A DNA stretch of 64,000 bases from Chiloscyllium plagiosum (lineage: Eukaryota). The position numbers and the translations under genes are program-made. The notes under the pieces were generated by a model that made no database searches, was not told where the DNA came from, and saw only the letters and a program-made list of their open reading frames with translations. This document shows, piece after piece, positions 40,132-53,520 of this stretch. The stretch covers positions 3,619,462 through 3,683,461 of the forward strand of contig NC_057755.1 in NCBI RefSeq assembly GCF_004010195.1, written 5' to 3'. Position 1 is the first letter of the stretch. Each line of letters begins with the position of its first letter.

Positions 40132-40198
40132 CAGGAATTGCTACAATCGGAATGGTCGTGTAAAATATTTTCCGCAAATGATATAACGAAAACGTCAT
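40132..40198 (-). CDS. GPCR gene A exon 1: N-terminus and start of TM1
   Basis: aaaATG...MTFSLYHLRKIFYTTIPIVAIP-G|gtaagt. The 67 nt exon is phase 1 and joins exon 2 in frame (G|TT = Val). Conserved at 63603-63669. Confidence 0.88.
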
Positions 40199-40273
40199 TT
40201 TTCTGCCAGAATATCTTTGCACAAGCAATCTCTCTGCCCGCAATGATGAGGTGATATCATCCCAAAGCCTTTC

Positions 40274-40280
40274 ATTTATA
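40274..40280 (-). promoter_or_regulatory. Candidate TATA box (TATAAAT) of gene A
   Basis: About 80 nt upstream of the ATG; identical context gcaggtataaatgaaaggc in gene B. Confidence 0.55.
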
Positions 40281-40469
40281 CCTGCTGACATCGCCTGGGG
40301 GAACATTACATTACAATGTGGTTCAATTGATTTATTTAAGCATTCGACCAAGCAGGTCACAATGGTGAGTTAACTCCCAGTTGTAACAGAGTATTTTTAG
40401 AAATTAGGTTTATTGGATGGTGAAAATCTCAACCGTGAACAGCAACACTGCAAAATGTATGTTTAGTAA

Positions 40470-40615
40470 AATCATACAATCCTTACAATGTGGAAGCAGG
40501 CCAATGATCCCATCAAGTCCACACTGACCCTACAAAGGGTTTCCCACCCAGACCCATCCGCTCGCTCTGTGAGGCAGCAGGTCTAACCACTGAGCCTCTG
40601 AGCCACTGTGCCACT
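40470..40615 (-). mobile_element. HE1 SINE remnant, internally deleted
   Basis: gtgaggcagcaggtctaaccactgagcc is the SINE head and caagtccacactgaccc the SINE tail, both in reverse. Confidence 0.7.
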
Positions 40616-40726
40616 CTGTATACCAGCATTGACACTCGAACAGCATCGACCTATCTTTGAGACCTCATCTTCTTTCAGGACATCCTTCCCTTGACTTTGA
40701 CCATGTGAAAATTAAGTGCCAGTTCT

Positions 40727-41881
40727 TGTGGTTCTGTTCACCGAGCTGGGAATTTGTGTTGCAGACGTTTTGTCCCCTGTCTAGGTGACATCCCTCAGTG
40801 CTTGGGAGCCTCCCGTGAAGCGCTTCTGCGATGTTCCCTCCGGCATTTATAGTGGTTTGAATCTGCCATTGCCGGTTGTCAGTTCCAGCTGTCCGTTGCA
40901 GTGGTCGGTATATTGGGTCCAGGTCGATGTGCTTATTGATTGAATCTGTGGATGAGTGCCATGCCTCTAGGAATTCCCTGGCTGTTCTCTGTTTGGCTTG
41001 TCTTATAATAGTAGTGTTGTCCCAGTCGAATTCATGTTGCTTGTCATCTGTGTGTGTGGCTACTCAGAATAGCTGGTCGTGTCGTTTCGTGGCTAGTTGG
41101 TGTTCATGGATGCGGATCGTTAGCTGCCTTCCTGTTTGTCCTATGTAGTGTTTTGTACAGTCCTTGCATGGGATTTTGTACACTACATTGGTTTTGCTCA
41201 TGCTGGGTATCGTGTCCTTCGTCCTGGTGAGTTGTTGTCTGAGAGTGGCTGTTGGTTTGTGTGCTGTTATGAGTCCTAGTGGTCGCAGTAGTCTAGCTGT
41301 CAGTTCGGAAATGCTCTTGATGTATGGTAGTGTGGCTAGTCCTTTGGGTTGCGGCATGTCCTCGCTCCGTTGTCTTTCCTTTCAGCATCCATTAATGAAA
41401 TTGCACGGGTATCCGTTTTTGGCAAATACATTGTATAGGTGTTCTTCTTCCTCTTTTTGCAGTTCTGGTGTACTGCAGTATGCTGTGGCCCTTTTGAACA
41501 GTGTCTTGATGCAACTTCTTTTGTGTGTGTTGGGGTGGTTGCTTTCGTAGTTCAGGACTTGGTCTGTGTGTGCGACTTTCCTGTGTACCTTTGTGGTGAA
41601 TTCTCCGTTCGGTGTTCTCTGTACCAACGTCTAGGAATGGGAGTTGGTTGTCCTTTTCTTCCTCTCTAGTGAATCGGATTCCTGTGAGTGTGACGTTGAT
41701 GATCCGGTGTGTGTTCTCTATTTCTGTATTTTTAATGATTACAAAGGTGTCATCTACATATCTGACCCAGAGTTTGGGTTGAATTTGCAGTAAGACTGTT
41801 TGTTCTAACCTTTGAATTACTGCTTCTGCTATGAGTCCAGAGATGGGTGAGCCCATGGGTGTGCCGTTGATTTGTTCATAT
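40727..41881 (-). mobile_element. Penelope-like (Poseidon-type) element: reverse transcriptase, GIY-YIG and pseudo-LTR with a degenerate hammerhead at 40761-40800
   Basis: YEQINGTPMGSPISGLIAE, WVRYVDDTFVI, LPFLDV, ATLPYIKSISE, VVYKIPCKDCTKHYIGQTGRQL..RIHEH. Frameshifted. Confidence 0.95.
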
Positions 41882-43055
41882 ATGGACTTCAACACGGTTC
41901 CCCATGGGAGACTGGTTATCAAGGTTAGATCTCATGGAATGCAATGACAACTAGCCATTTGGATACAGAACTGCTCAAAGGTAGAAGACAGATGGTGGTG
42001 GTAGATGGTTGTTTGTTAAATTGGAGACCTGTGACCAGTGGAGTGTCACGAGGATCAGTGCTGGGTCCACTACTTTTCATCATTTATATAAATGTTTTGA
42101 ATGTGGGCAGAAGAGATATCGTTAGTAAGTTTGCAGATGACACCAATATTGGAGGTGTCGTGGACGGCGAAGAAGGTTACCTCAGATTAAAACTGAGTCT
42201 TGATCAGATGGGCCAATGGGCTGAGAAGTGGCAGATGGAGTTTAATTCAGATAAATGCAAAGTGCTGCATTTTGGGAACGCAAATCTTAGCAGGACGTAT
42301 ACACTTAATGTAAGGTCCTGGGGAGTGTTGCTTAACAAAGAGACCTTGGAGTGCAGGTGCATATCTCCTTCAAAGTGGAGTCGCAGGTACAGAGGTTAGT
42401 GAAGAAGACGTTTGGCATACTTTCCTTTATTGGTCAGAGTATTGAGTACAGGATTTGGGAGCTCATTTTGTGGCTTTATAGGACATTTGTTCGGTCACTT
42501 TTGGAATATTGCGTGCAATTCTGGTCTCCTTCCTGTCGGAAAGATGTTGTGAAACTTGAAAGGGTTCAGAAAAGATTTACAAGGATGTTGCCAGGGTTGG
42601 AGGATTTAAGCTATAGGGAGAGATTGAATACGCTGGGACTGTTTTCCCTGGAGCATCAGAGGCTGAGGGTTGACCTTATAGAGATTAATAAGGTTATGAG
42701 AGGCATTGATCGGATACATTGACAAAGTCTCTACCCTGGGGTGGAGCAGTCCAGAACTAGAAACATAGGTTTAGGGTGAGAGGTGAAAAATATAAAAGAG
42801 ACCTACGGGACAACTTTGTCTTGCAAAGCATAATATTTGTATGAAATGAGCTGCAGGGGAAGTGGTGAGGACTAGTACAATTGAAGCATTTAAAAGGCAT
42901 CTGGATGGTTATATGAGTAGGAAGGGTTTGGAGGGATACTGGCCTGATGCTGGAAGGTCAGACGAGATTGGGTAGGGATATCTGGTCGGCATGGACGAGT
43001 TGGACCGAAGGGTCTGTTTCCATGCTGTTCATCTGTATGAGTCTATGACTCTAAT
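41882..43055 (+). mobile_element. 5'-truncated CR1 LINE
   Basis: [31 protein letters not shown]; (CTATGACT) tail. Confidence 0.93.
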
Positions 43056-43299
43056 TGATGTATAAATGAGCAATGATGGATTGAGGAATATTAGTAAAGA
43101 GGTCCCTGGTGGATAGATAATTGCTAAAGATGAAGAAATGCCTGAATGATTTTCAACAATTAATCAGTTGCCTCTAGATCAACTATAAGACAGGAAAGGT
43201 GAGAGGGTGCAGCCCTACTTGACTGTGGACCTGATCAGGGAGCTTTCTGATTCTCAACCATTGGCTGTGACTGCACTGATAATGCTGGTGTAGAGCAGT

Positions 43300-44800
43300 C
43301 GGATTTATTTGTGGAATCCCTCCTCAAAGACTGCTTTGGTGAACACATCCCACATGTATGTGTGTGAGATCCTGTCAATGACCTTCTGTTCTAGGCTGAT
43401 GAGGGAGGCTTCCAACTCCTCTGCCCCGCACACAGGCGATTCTATCCCTGAGAAGTGTGAGGCTGGCAGTACAGATCAGGTTTGTTCGGGGTGAATCTCT
43501 GATCCAAAAGCGGAACTGACCCGATTGGTGTGACCTTATTCAGAACACTTCAATTTACATGCAGCAATGAAATCGGTCGGCAGTCCTCCCTCTGACCCTT
43601 CAGATTGTAGATGATTGGGATGATCACTTTCCTCATGGATTCAAACCGGCAACCTGTTAGAGGTATACGGTTGTCCACATTCAGCAGGTCCTGGCCAATC
43701 CAGTCTCACACAGTCAAATAAAACTCTACTGGTAAGCCGTCACTTCTGCCAGTCTTTCTCTTGTCTAAGGACTCGAGAACCTTGGTCAGCACATCCAGAG
43801 ATATTGGTTGTGCAGCCTCTCTTGTGTATTGTCGTTTAAGACTGACATGATCGGGATGAATGACTGGGAGGCTGTGCTGCCTGTGATCTTCATGTCATGC
43901 ATTATGTCACAAATATTTCGCTGATCCTCAGGATGTCAGGCTGAGGTAACATGACAGAAGCATCTTCTCCTTTCAGGCTGGTCAGCACCGAGCTCTCCCT
44001 CTGCGACTTCTCAAAGACCAAACGTGAGTGTGTTTCATCCTGCTCCGCGGTGTGGACCCTGGACTGGGAGATTAAATCGGAGGCTTCTTACATTAAGAAT
44101 GTGACCTTGTGGTTCTTCACCTCCTGAACATCCTCTGTGACATCGAACCCCATCTTCTGCAGCAGGAGTAAGTTCTGCATGGTTTTCTACAGTTTGAACG
44201 GTTCGCCCCATTTCTGTCCCCCCTTCAGAGGACCTTTGAGAATAAAGATCCTCTTGATGTTCCCCTTGACTGTTTTCCACAAGTCCGAGGGAGACTCAAA
44301 GGGGGACTTCACGGTTTTCCAACCTGTGGAATCTCTTTTGTGCACCTGCATGTTTTCTGCGATCGGCAGTTTCACGTTCTGATTCCGCATTCCCTTGCTG
44401 ACCAGCAGGAGGCAGTTGTCAGGGAAGAACACTGGCTTGACATGGGTGGGTTTGACCAAAACCAATCCCAGACTCTCTAATCTCACTTCATAGGAGAAAC
44501 ACTCAAGCCCTAGTGATTCTCCCTCATTCCCTTCCTTGTTCATTTGTTTTATAATGGCAGGCTTTGACATGGTTGGCAGTGTCCAGGCTCCTGAGTCTAT
44601 TTGATCCCAATCACCAGGCCGGTCGCATCCTTCTTTCTCCTTTGCTGTCTCGTGTTCATCTTGGTCGTCTCTTCCATTTGCCGGTATCAGTAGCATCAAC
44701 AACAGCAGCGTTGTCACCCTGGAACAGATATCCTGGTGTTCGTAGTGGAGTCAATGTGGTAGGCCCAGGTACCCATTGTCTTGTATGCTTACATTGACCG
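43300..44800 (-). mobile_element. Tx1/L1-clade LINE ORF2 fragment, decayed
   Basis: GWKTVKSPFESPSDLWKTVKGNIKRIFILKG linker, IHPEQT, and DRISHTYMWDV reverse transcriptase motifs. Confidence 0.75.
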
Positions 44801-46254
44801 GATGTTAATGAGATAATGGAACTGAGATGTTAAGCCAGCAAGCCGGCAGCATTCCCTGTCAAATTGAATCAAACCAGCCAGATATGCAAGCCTTCACCTG
44901 GAGTGAACATTGAATGGGTTGTTGATGAGACATTGTCACAAGGTTTCAGGTAGAACAAGGATCTGAGTTTCAGTAGGACTGCTCGTGACACAGTTCAATA
45001 AAATCGGGAGAAATTAAAATATCCAATACCTTCTTGAGATAGAAACTGAATTTAAATTATGTTAATAGCATTGTTGGACCAAACTACTGCTAAGCCACTA
45101 CAATCTGAAATGACCTGGATATCGAGCTAAACGAAGGTCAGAAGTCACATGAAAGTTTGTGAAATCAAATATACCTCTTGGGACAATAACCTGGTCTCTT
45201 GTGACTTCTGACATTGTTCACCCCAGTTCAACACTGGCATCCCACATAAAAGCTCATCAAATCAGAGAGGTCCGACATGTACTCCAGAGAATATCAAGGT
45301 AAAGAAGCAGGAGACTTGAAAAGAGGAAGAAAAGCACCAACTCCAGTTCGATAAGCTGTTATCGAGGATTGTAAACCAGTGTGTGGGCATATACATTTTA
45401 GAACTTTAAAGTTAGTCGGAATATTGGAAAGAAAACCTGTTTTTGTAGAGTTGGATATTTATTTATCTTTTTTTAAGACAATGCATGGCATATCATTACT
45501 CGTGTCCAACGGAGCCCACTAAGTAAGCAAATAGATCAGACCATACGTAAATGAAGCTTACAGGCGATATTGTCAATGGCTACAGAGAAAATGACCAGGT
45601 CTGGCTGATATGTGACTCTAGACTGACAGCGATGTGGTTGACTGTTAACTGCTATCTGGAATGGGTAAAACATACTGTTTTAGCCAGTGATGCTCTCATC
45701 TCATATAAGAGCCACATAAGTTATGCTGCAGTTAGACAAAAACCTGGTTAGATCTCACTCAGAAAACTGTGAGCAGATCCAGGTACCACACCTGAAGACG
45801 GATATGTTGGCCTGGGATGGAGTACAGTGTAGATTTGAAAGAATGATACCTGGAGTTTAGATATGGGGGGAGACTACAAATTAGTCCACATTTCTCCAGA
45901 GCTTAGACGATAGGGTTTATAAAGATAACCCATTTCCACTGTTTGAGGATTCAAACACAAAGGGACATAGTCTGCGATGTAGGGCTAATGTGTTCAGGAG
46001 AGATATTAGGAAGCACTGCCACACAGAAAGGGTGTTGGATGGTTGGAACTCTCTTCCACAAAGGGTAGGAATGTTGGATTAGATGTTAATTTTTCATCTG
46101 ATATATATTTTGTTAAGTAGGTATTAAGGGATAAGGCACAAACACAGATATATAGAGTTTGGCTATGAATCAGCCTCTGAATAGTGTCACTAACTCACGG
46201 GTGCTGAATGTCCTATTGCTTTGTTCCTATGACCGTTAACCTCCTCCCCCAGCC

Positions 46255-46590
46255 TAGAAAGAATCCCCACAGTGTGGAAATAGACCCTTCAGCCCAACAA
46301 GTCCATCCCAACCCTCTGAAAAGTAATCCACACAGACAAATTCCCCTAACCTATACTTACCTATGACAAATGCACTTAACTTACACATCCCTGAACACCA
46401 TGGGCAGCTCAGCCTGGCTAATTTTTCTGACCTGCACATATTTTGGATTGTGGGACGAAACCAGAACACCCGGAGAAAACCCACGCAGGCACAGGGAAAA
46501 TGTGCACAGATAGTCGCTCGAGGTTAGAATCAAACCCAGGTCCCCGGTGCTGTGAAACAGCAGTGTGAACCATTGAGTAAACATGCCATC
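46255..46590 (-). mobile_element. HE1 SINE
   Basis: Reverse complement of the head, V-domain and tail seen at 13352-13648. Confidence 0.85.
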
Positions 46591-47199
46591 GCCAAGTATC
46601 CATGGCAATGACATCTTTCCTAAAGTGCGGTGTTCAGGAGCTCAGGTTTAATCCAATACAAGTCACTCGATTTTCAAGAGTTCACATCTGGTCTGTTTCC
46701 CCCAACTGTGGCTGAAGCGTTGATTTATACCAGTTAAATAACATTTCCCTTTCCTTTGCATTCCCCATTCGACTTTGGATGGCTTTTTTTTTTCAAATAT
46801 GCTAAATGTTCCCAGTCACTTTCCAAAAAAGAAGTATGCACCTCCAAGTCTTGATGTTATTAAGACCCCACCAGAAATCAGCCACTTCATTTATATGATC
46901 TCTCTTTACCAAAAAGAATTAAGCTTTTGTACTTCCAATATTATCTGACATTGGCTTGCCCATTTCACTGGTTAACGGTATAAAATGCACATGAGTATAT
47001 CTCACTTATTGACAGTGATTAGGTGCAATATTTGGAACACTGAAAGCAGCCTTCATTCAAAATACGAACAACAAATAGACAGAGATTTGAAAATTTCATG
47101 GACTGATTTTTTAAAATTCAGGGATAAAGCATTGTTTCATTTACGATGATGAATGATTCTGCTGTTGGCATAAACAAACCCAACAATATTGGATTAGGA

Positions 47200-47512
47200 C
47201 GAGGCCATTCAGCTCCTTCTCCAACCTGTCCCACAGGAACAGGAAGAGGCCATTCAATTCTTTCTCTAGTCTGTCCCACAGGGGCAGGGTGAGGCTATTC
47301 ATCCCATTCTCCAGCCTATCTCATGGGAAATGGAGGCCATTTAGCTCCTTTCCAGTCTGTTATTCTGGTAAATGAGGCCATTCAGTCCCTTCTCCAACAT
47401 GATCTCTGGGAAAACGAGGCCATTCAGCTCCTCTTCGGCCTGTTATTCTGGTATACGAGGCCATTCAGCCCTTTCTACAGCCTGATCTCTGGTACAGAAG
47501 GCCATTCAGCTC
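47200..47512. repeat. Minisatellite, about 8 copies of a 41-45 bp unit (GAGGCCATTCAGC..TTCTCCAGCCTG..)
   Basis: Unit starts at about 47201, 47246, 47291, 47333, 47374, 47416, 47457 and 47497. Confidence 0.85.
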
Positions 47513-47699
47513 TTATTTCTCTGAATAGATGCTGGCAGATGTACTGATTTCTTCTAGGAATTTGTTTTTTTTGTTTCTGATTTAGAGCATCCACAGTTCT
47601 TTCAACTTTTATTAGGACCCTTGGACTAGCCTGTTACACAGGAGGAGCCTATTTGGGGGTAGAGGGGATGTCCCAGCAGAATTATCGCTGAACTTGTTA

Positions 47700-48000
47700 G
47701 CCAGGTAACGCAGTCATGTTCTCGGGACGCAAGTTCAAATCCCACTGTGGCAGATGGCGAGGATTCAATTCAATGATCGTCTGGAATGTAAGAGTTTTAT
47801 GATGAATCCACAGACGCTTGAAGATTCGCTAATGCCTTTTAGCGAGGGAAATTGCATCATTACCAGGTCAGGAGTACACGTGACTCCAGACGTACAACAA
47901 TGTGGTTGACACTTAACAGCTCTCGAGGCAATTTGGAATGGGCAATAAATGTTCATGCTGGACAGCGATGCCCTCATCCTGTGACTGAATTAAAAAAAAA
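47700..48000 (+). mobile_element. Deu-domain (SacSINE1-like) SINE
   Basis: gttcaaatcccac head, gtgactccagac..aatgtggttgacacttaac core, gggcaataaatg..gcgatgccctcatcc tail and poly-A. A weaker copy lies at about 45590-45710. Confidence 0.65.
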
Positions 48001-50479
48001 AGAAACATCCTTGAGAACGATACAGAGGAAGTGCAGGAAGTGCTTTCTCTCATTCTGATTTGATAAAGAAGAAGAGCAGAAGGCCTTTCATTCCTACTCC
48101 TGAGCACAAGAAAAGCAGAAGGGCATAACGTCCGTCCACACTGTTCGACATGATAAATCAAAGATAGGAGGGGAAGGGAAGGCACGAGGAGTAGGGTTGT
48201 ATGGTGTGTAATGACAACTGGAATGGGAATGAGTGAGCAGTCGGTGAGATGAGAAGAGTTAGCCCCGGGAGACAGTGCAACATGGAGCCAACTGTTTTGG
48301 GGAATGGACACAGAGAGAGCCAAGGTTCAATGTTGATGTCTGGAAATTTGAAGAGAGCACTGAGCCCATCTCCACCACTGCCGCCAAATTGTATAAAGCT
48401 AGAAATAGTCTCTCTTTCCCTGTATTTATTCATTGCTATTGCCCTGCATTTTGCCACTCAGTGTCCCGATATTTAAGCATTTATATTTCCCTGTATGCAA
48501 ACCTCTCCCTGTTAATCTGCATTTACTTAAATCGCTGTTCCCTTGTATGTAGCCCACACTTTTCCCCATTGTTTAATTTTCTCCTGATTTCTCTTTCACC
48601 TTCTGTCTCTGTATTTGAAACTTTCCCTATTACTCTATATTTAAGACTTTATCTGCATTCAGTCCTCTCTATTCCCTGCGCTGTAATTAATCCTCTTCTT
48701 CTTAGTCTGCCATTAGTCCGACACTACTACTCTTCACTTAATCCTGTCTTTACCTACGTTTAATCCTCTCTATTCCCCTGTATCAAACCACCTCCCTCTT
48801 ACCCTGTTTTCAATCCTCTCCATTTCTCGCTATTAAATTATNNNNNNNNNNNNNNNNNNNNNNNNNNNNNNNNNNNNNNNNNNNNNNNNNNNNNNNNNNN
48901 NNNNNNNTATCCCAGTTGCTTTGTTTTCAATTTTCTCTCTATTACACTCCATTTTACCCTCTCTATTGCCTTCTATTGAACTCTCTATTTAACCGTTTTC
49001 CTGCTGCTTGATAACAATTCCTCTGCCTTTTCCTGTAATTAACACTTTCCTCCATCAGTTATATTCGAAACTCCATTTGAACCTTTTCGATGACGTTGTA
49101 CGGAAGCCGATTCCCATATCCTCTGTGTAACCCTCCCGTTATTACTCTCTGTGTAATCCTTTACTAATTATTGTCTATTTAATCCGATACCATTTATCCT
49201 CTGTTGAATTCTCTCTCTATTAAAATCTTTAGCCCTCTCTCACTATCTCTATCTTCCCTGATGCTCTTCAGAATGTGTGTTCTGCCCCACAATAACCAGA
49301 GACCGCCTGTACTGTCCAAAGCATTCCATCAACCACAAACACGTGTAAACTGCTGCTCTTTGTTGCCGTCCCACTGCCAGGCGCTGGAACAGCAAATTCA
49401 TCCCACAGCACTGGGGGGGTGGGGTGTTCAGCAGCCGATCCACTCATCAGATATAGTATTGCTGCTAGGAAGGATGCAGGCACAACTTCAAAATACACTA
49501 ATACTTACATATAAACAGCACGGATCCAGGACACAACTATATTTATATAGCAACTGGAGCAGCTCCAACACAAAATAATATCTATACACATAAACTGGAA
49601 CAGCTCCAATTCACAACTTTTACATATAAACAGAAACAGCACCAATTCACTACTTTGATATATAAACTGAAACAGCTCCAATTCACGACTTTGATATCTA
49701 AACTGAAACAGATCCAGGAAACAACAATATTTACATACAGACGTGAACAGTTCTCATTTACAATATTTAGAAAATGAAAGTGAACATGTCCAAAACACAA
49801 TTGATATGCAGAAACATAAACAGTTTTATTCCAACTTTAATGTGCGATATTTTTTATGTATAAACGTAAACACTTCCAAAATGCATTAATATTCAAACAT
49901 ATACTGTCGCAGCTGCAACACACCACGAAATTAATATATAATGGAGAACACAACTAAGATACAACAATATTTACATGCAAGCATGAACAACCCAAAAATA
50001 AAACAAGATGCAAATATGACCAGAAGTCATTTCCAGACACAACCATGTTTATATTTACAAATGAACAGTTCTAATGTTTCATAATATTTATGTTTAAACT
50101 AGAACAACTCCAAAGCAAAACAATGTTTATTTATAAACACAAACAGATACAACGCACAATAATATTTGCATGCAAACATGATCAACTCGTATACATAGCA
50201 AAATTTGTACAGACACACTCAGCTCCAACATATAATAATATTGAATACTTTACATGATATACATATGAAGCGTGAAATACTGTTAACTCTGAGTTCTCTC
50301 CACGGATGCTGAGCAATCCAGAAATTTCTGCTTTTGTTTATGTATGACATTCTTGCTTCTAACATCAGCCAAGAGCTGAATCCCAGAGGGGTGGTGAGAG
50401 GGACACACCCTGACATCCCTGTGGCACGCTCAGAATTCACTTGAAGGACAATCGGGGGCGCATGCCTTGTTCGCACCTG

Positions 50480-50900
50480 TCATATCTGGCACATAGAAAG
50501 ATAGTTGCCGTTGTTAGAGAAGAGTCAGCTCAGCTCCAGAACATCTCTGCAGAACTTCCACGGTGTAGTGTCATCGGCCAAAACAGCTTCAGCTACTTCA
50601 TCAATACACAACTGTTCATAATTAATTTGAATATTATTGCTACAAGAGGATGTTAGAAGCCAGGAAGACCACGGCAAGTAACTCACCTCCTGACTCCCCA
50701 GAGTCGAAGCAAAAGTAAGAAGTGTAACGAATTACTCCCCAGTTTCTTGTTTGGATGCAGCTCCATCAACACTCACAAAGCATGACACCACCCAAGACAA
50801 AGCAGTTTGCTTGATTGACATCACAACTCCAAACATACACTTCCTCCACTCAGTAGCAGAAATGTGGCACAAACACAAACTGCACCAAAGAGAAATATCA
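50480..50900 (+). mobile_element. Decayed CR1/L2-group LINE 3' fragment
   Basis: actcacctcctgactcccca...ggatgcagctccatcaacactc...gacaccacccaagacaaagcag. Confidence 0.55.
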
Positions 50901-53514
50901 AGGCTCAGTGGACAGTGTCAATGCTCAGTTCATCAGCTCTGCTGGTGACACCGTAGTCTGAATATTTTTTTCTCCAATAATAAGAGGAGATTGACGTGTT
51001 TTTGGAGGGGACCATTTCTGGATCTTTATCTACAAAGGATTGTCTCCACTCTTGCCCAACTGACCAGTTTCCCTTATTAAACGCTGTCACCCTTTCCACC
51101 TCTCATCAGATTTTTTAAGATTTCTGTGTTCATGTGAGTGTATACAATCCAACAAAACTCCAGAAAGACTTCCCTACCCCTATAATCTGCACCACGACTG
51201 ATCGAGGCATGTGGTGTACGATGTGCCACCTTACATATTGTATTAACCTGCTCTCCGATATTCAGGGATCAGTGGACAAGCATCCCAAGTTCCCAGTGGT
51301 CCTTTGAGATTCCTCGTGCCTTGCATCTCATTAAACATTCCCTTGCTTTATTTCTTTAGTGAAACAATAGGTCTAGAAACCGAAGAAAAAGTTTAGGTTC
51401 CAGTAGTTATGTGGTGGAGAGACTGATGTTTGGATTTTTCCCAGGTTCCCACGTATACTCAATTGAGAGCAATCTGTGCACCGTGACCTGCTGTCGGCTT
51501 CACTCGTCCGTTTTCAGGAGAGGGAGTGTTGTGACGAGACAGGAATATAACCGGGTCATTAGAGACACAGAAACACACCCACATGTTCACACTCGCAAAA
51601 GCTAGCCACTCAGACACAGAAGTAAACCCACACGCCTAAATACACTCAAGTTGAGACATAGGAAGATACTTATAAACAAAAACAGGAACACATCCCATCC
51701 TCCAGCCACAACACACGAACATACACACAAACATTGAAACGGAGATATGGGAAACCAGCTCCAGACAGAAACATTACCTGATCCTGAGGGACATATAAAC
51801 GCAAACCCACCCTCACAAAAGCACAGAGGAAAAAAATCAGACTAAAGTGTGTGATTATACCTATACACTGAAACATTAACATACCCAAACTTTACATGCA
51901 CCGCCATACTGAGAGATATAGGAACACGCCTACATAGAGACAAAGAATGCACACACATGCACAGACAGAAATACAGTCATACTGTGACATGCAAACAGTC
52001 CAACAGAACACACACATGCACACGTAAAAAGTATTTCCAAATAAAGAAACATATTGACACACAGACACATAATCACACCCACATCCCTACGCCTATATAG
52101 AAATGAAGTCATACTGAGAGACATTGCACATCAACATGCAAGAACTTACAAAAACATTTGTACACACATGAGCACAGTAAAACACAGTTACAGAACCACA
52201 CATACAATTATATTTAGACATCGAGCGACACTCGGAAGCGAACAGAGATATGCCAACAGAGAGTCAAACAGATCCTGCTGCGGGCACAGAAAGATCCTGA
52301 CTCAAGGACAGGGAGGAAAACACAGTCTGAACAACACATGCAACTGCTTAAACACAAGCAGAGGCAGTTAGAGACACAGCCCCACTGCCACAATGATGCA
52401 CTGAACGTCAGAGAAAAACACATATAGAGTCACCAACTGACATGCTGGCAGTAACACATGCATACACACATACACAAACACACAAAATTCATTGTCATAG
52501 GAATGTAATAACACACAATCACACAGCATATACACTGGCACAAACACAACAGATACAATGTCAAAACACACTGATACACATTCATGATGGCACAGGAGCA
52601 AACAGTCACACACACATACTCACTGTCACAGAAACACTCCCTCATAGACTGACTAATATACCAAAACACATAAACACCGCAATATGTAGTCACCAAAATA
52701 CTTCTCCAGGCCCACACACAGAGGGAAATCAACACACGGGGGCAGAAATGAACTCACAGTGTGTCACATGGACATATCCAAAGTCAAAACCTGTGGACAC
52801 ACACACACACAATGACATTCCCACAAAGGCAGTGAAACATAGATGCACACAGAGACCCTCACAGACGGAAAGTGAAGCACTTAAACATAAACTCCCTAAC
52901 ATTGACAGGGAGAGAGAGGGAGACAGTCAAAGTGCAGAAGATGAAGGGATACTACATTTACAGAAATGTAACTAATATTATGCCAAGGTATTGTTGGATA
53001 TGCCTGTGCATTTTGTATTTTCCAAAATTGCCTCCTCAGATAAACTCACTGAAAGGAGAGATATAGAAGTGCTTTGAGCCAATTCATGTGAGCAAATGTT
53101 AACCTGAAATGACACGTGTCTGATGTGATCAATGTGAGAAAAAGAAACAGAGCGTGAGGCAGAGACAGCGACAGAGAAAGAGAGAAAACACATGAGACAG
53201 ACAAAGGCAAAGACAGACAGAGAGACAGAGGTAGAGGGAGAGAGTCAGAGAGAGACTGACATCAAGAAATGTAGAGATGGAGAGAGAGATGCAGACATAG
53301 CGAAAGAGAGTGAGAAAGAGAGGAAGAGAGGGACAGAGACAACGACATGCAGAAAGAGGTGGAGAGAGAGAGAAGGCAATATCCCTGTGGTGGAAGTAAA
53401 CATGGGGGATCTCGAGAAACCCTGTCGAATCTGAACAAATGTGAATGGAGCAAGAAACAGTTCAGATACAATGATCACCAGCAGACCGAGTCTTTCTTTT
53501 GTTGTAATAAACTG

Positions 53515-53520
53515 TTTATT
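53515..53520 (-). terminator. Candidate polyadenylation signal (AATAAA) of GPCR gene B
   Basis: About 690 nt past the stop codon; positionally conserved in three module copies. Confidence 0.45.

Noticed and set aside
44187..44717. 176-aa ORF with a signal-peptide-like start (MTTLLLLMLL)
   Set aside because: Its C-terminal part is Tx1-like LINE ORF2 sequence, so it is a frameshifted retroelement and not a secreted protein.
47200..47512. Regularly spaced repeats resembling a CRISPR array
   Set aside because: Eukaryotic context, the intervening sequences are related to each other, and there are no cas genes; it is a minisatellite.
48275..49260. Hydrophobic 162-aa ORF in a pyrimidine-rich region
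   Set aside because: It comes from degenerate tatttaa(c/t)cctctct low-complexity repeats also present at 18120-18560, with no matching ORF there.
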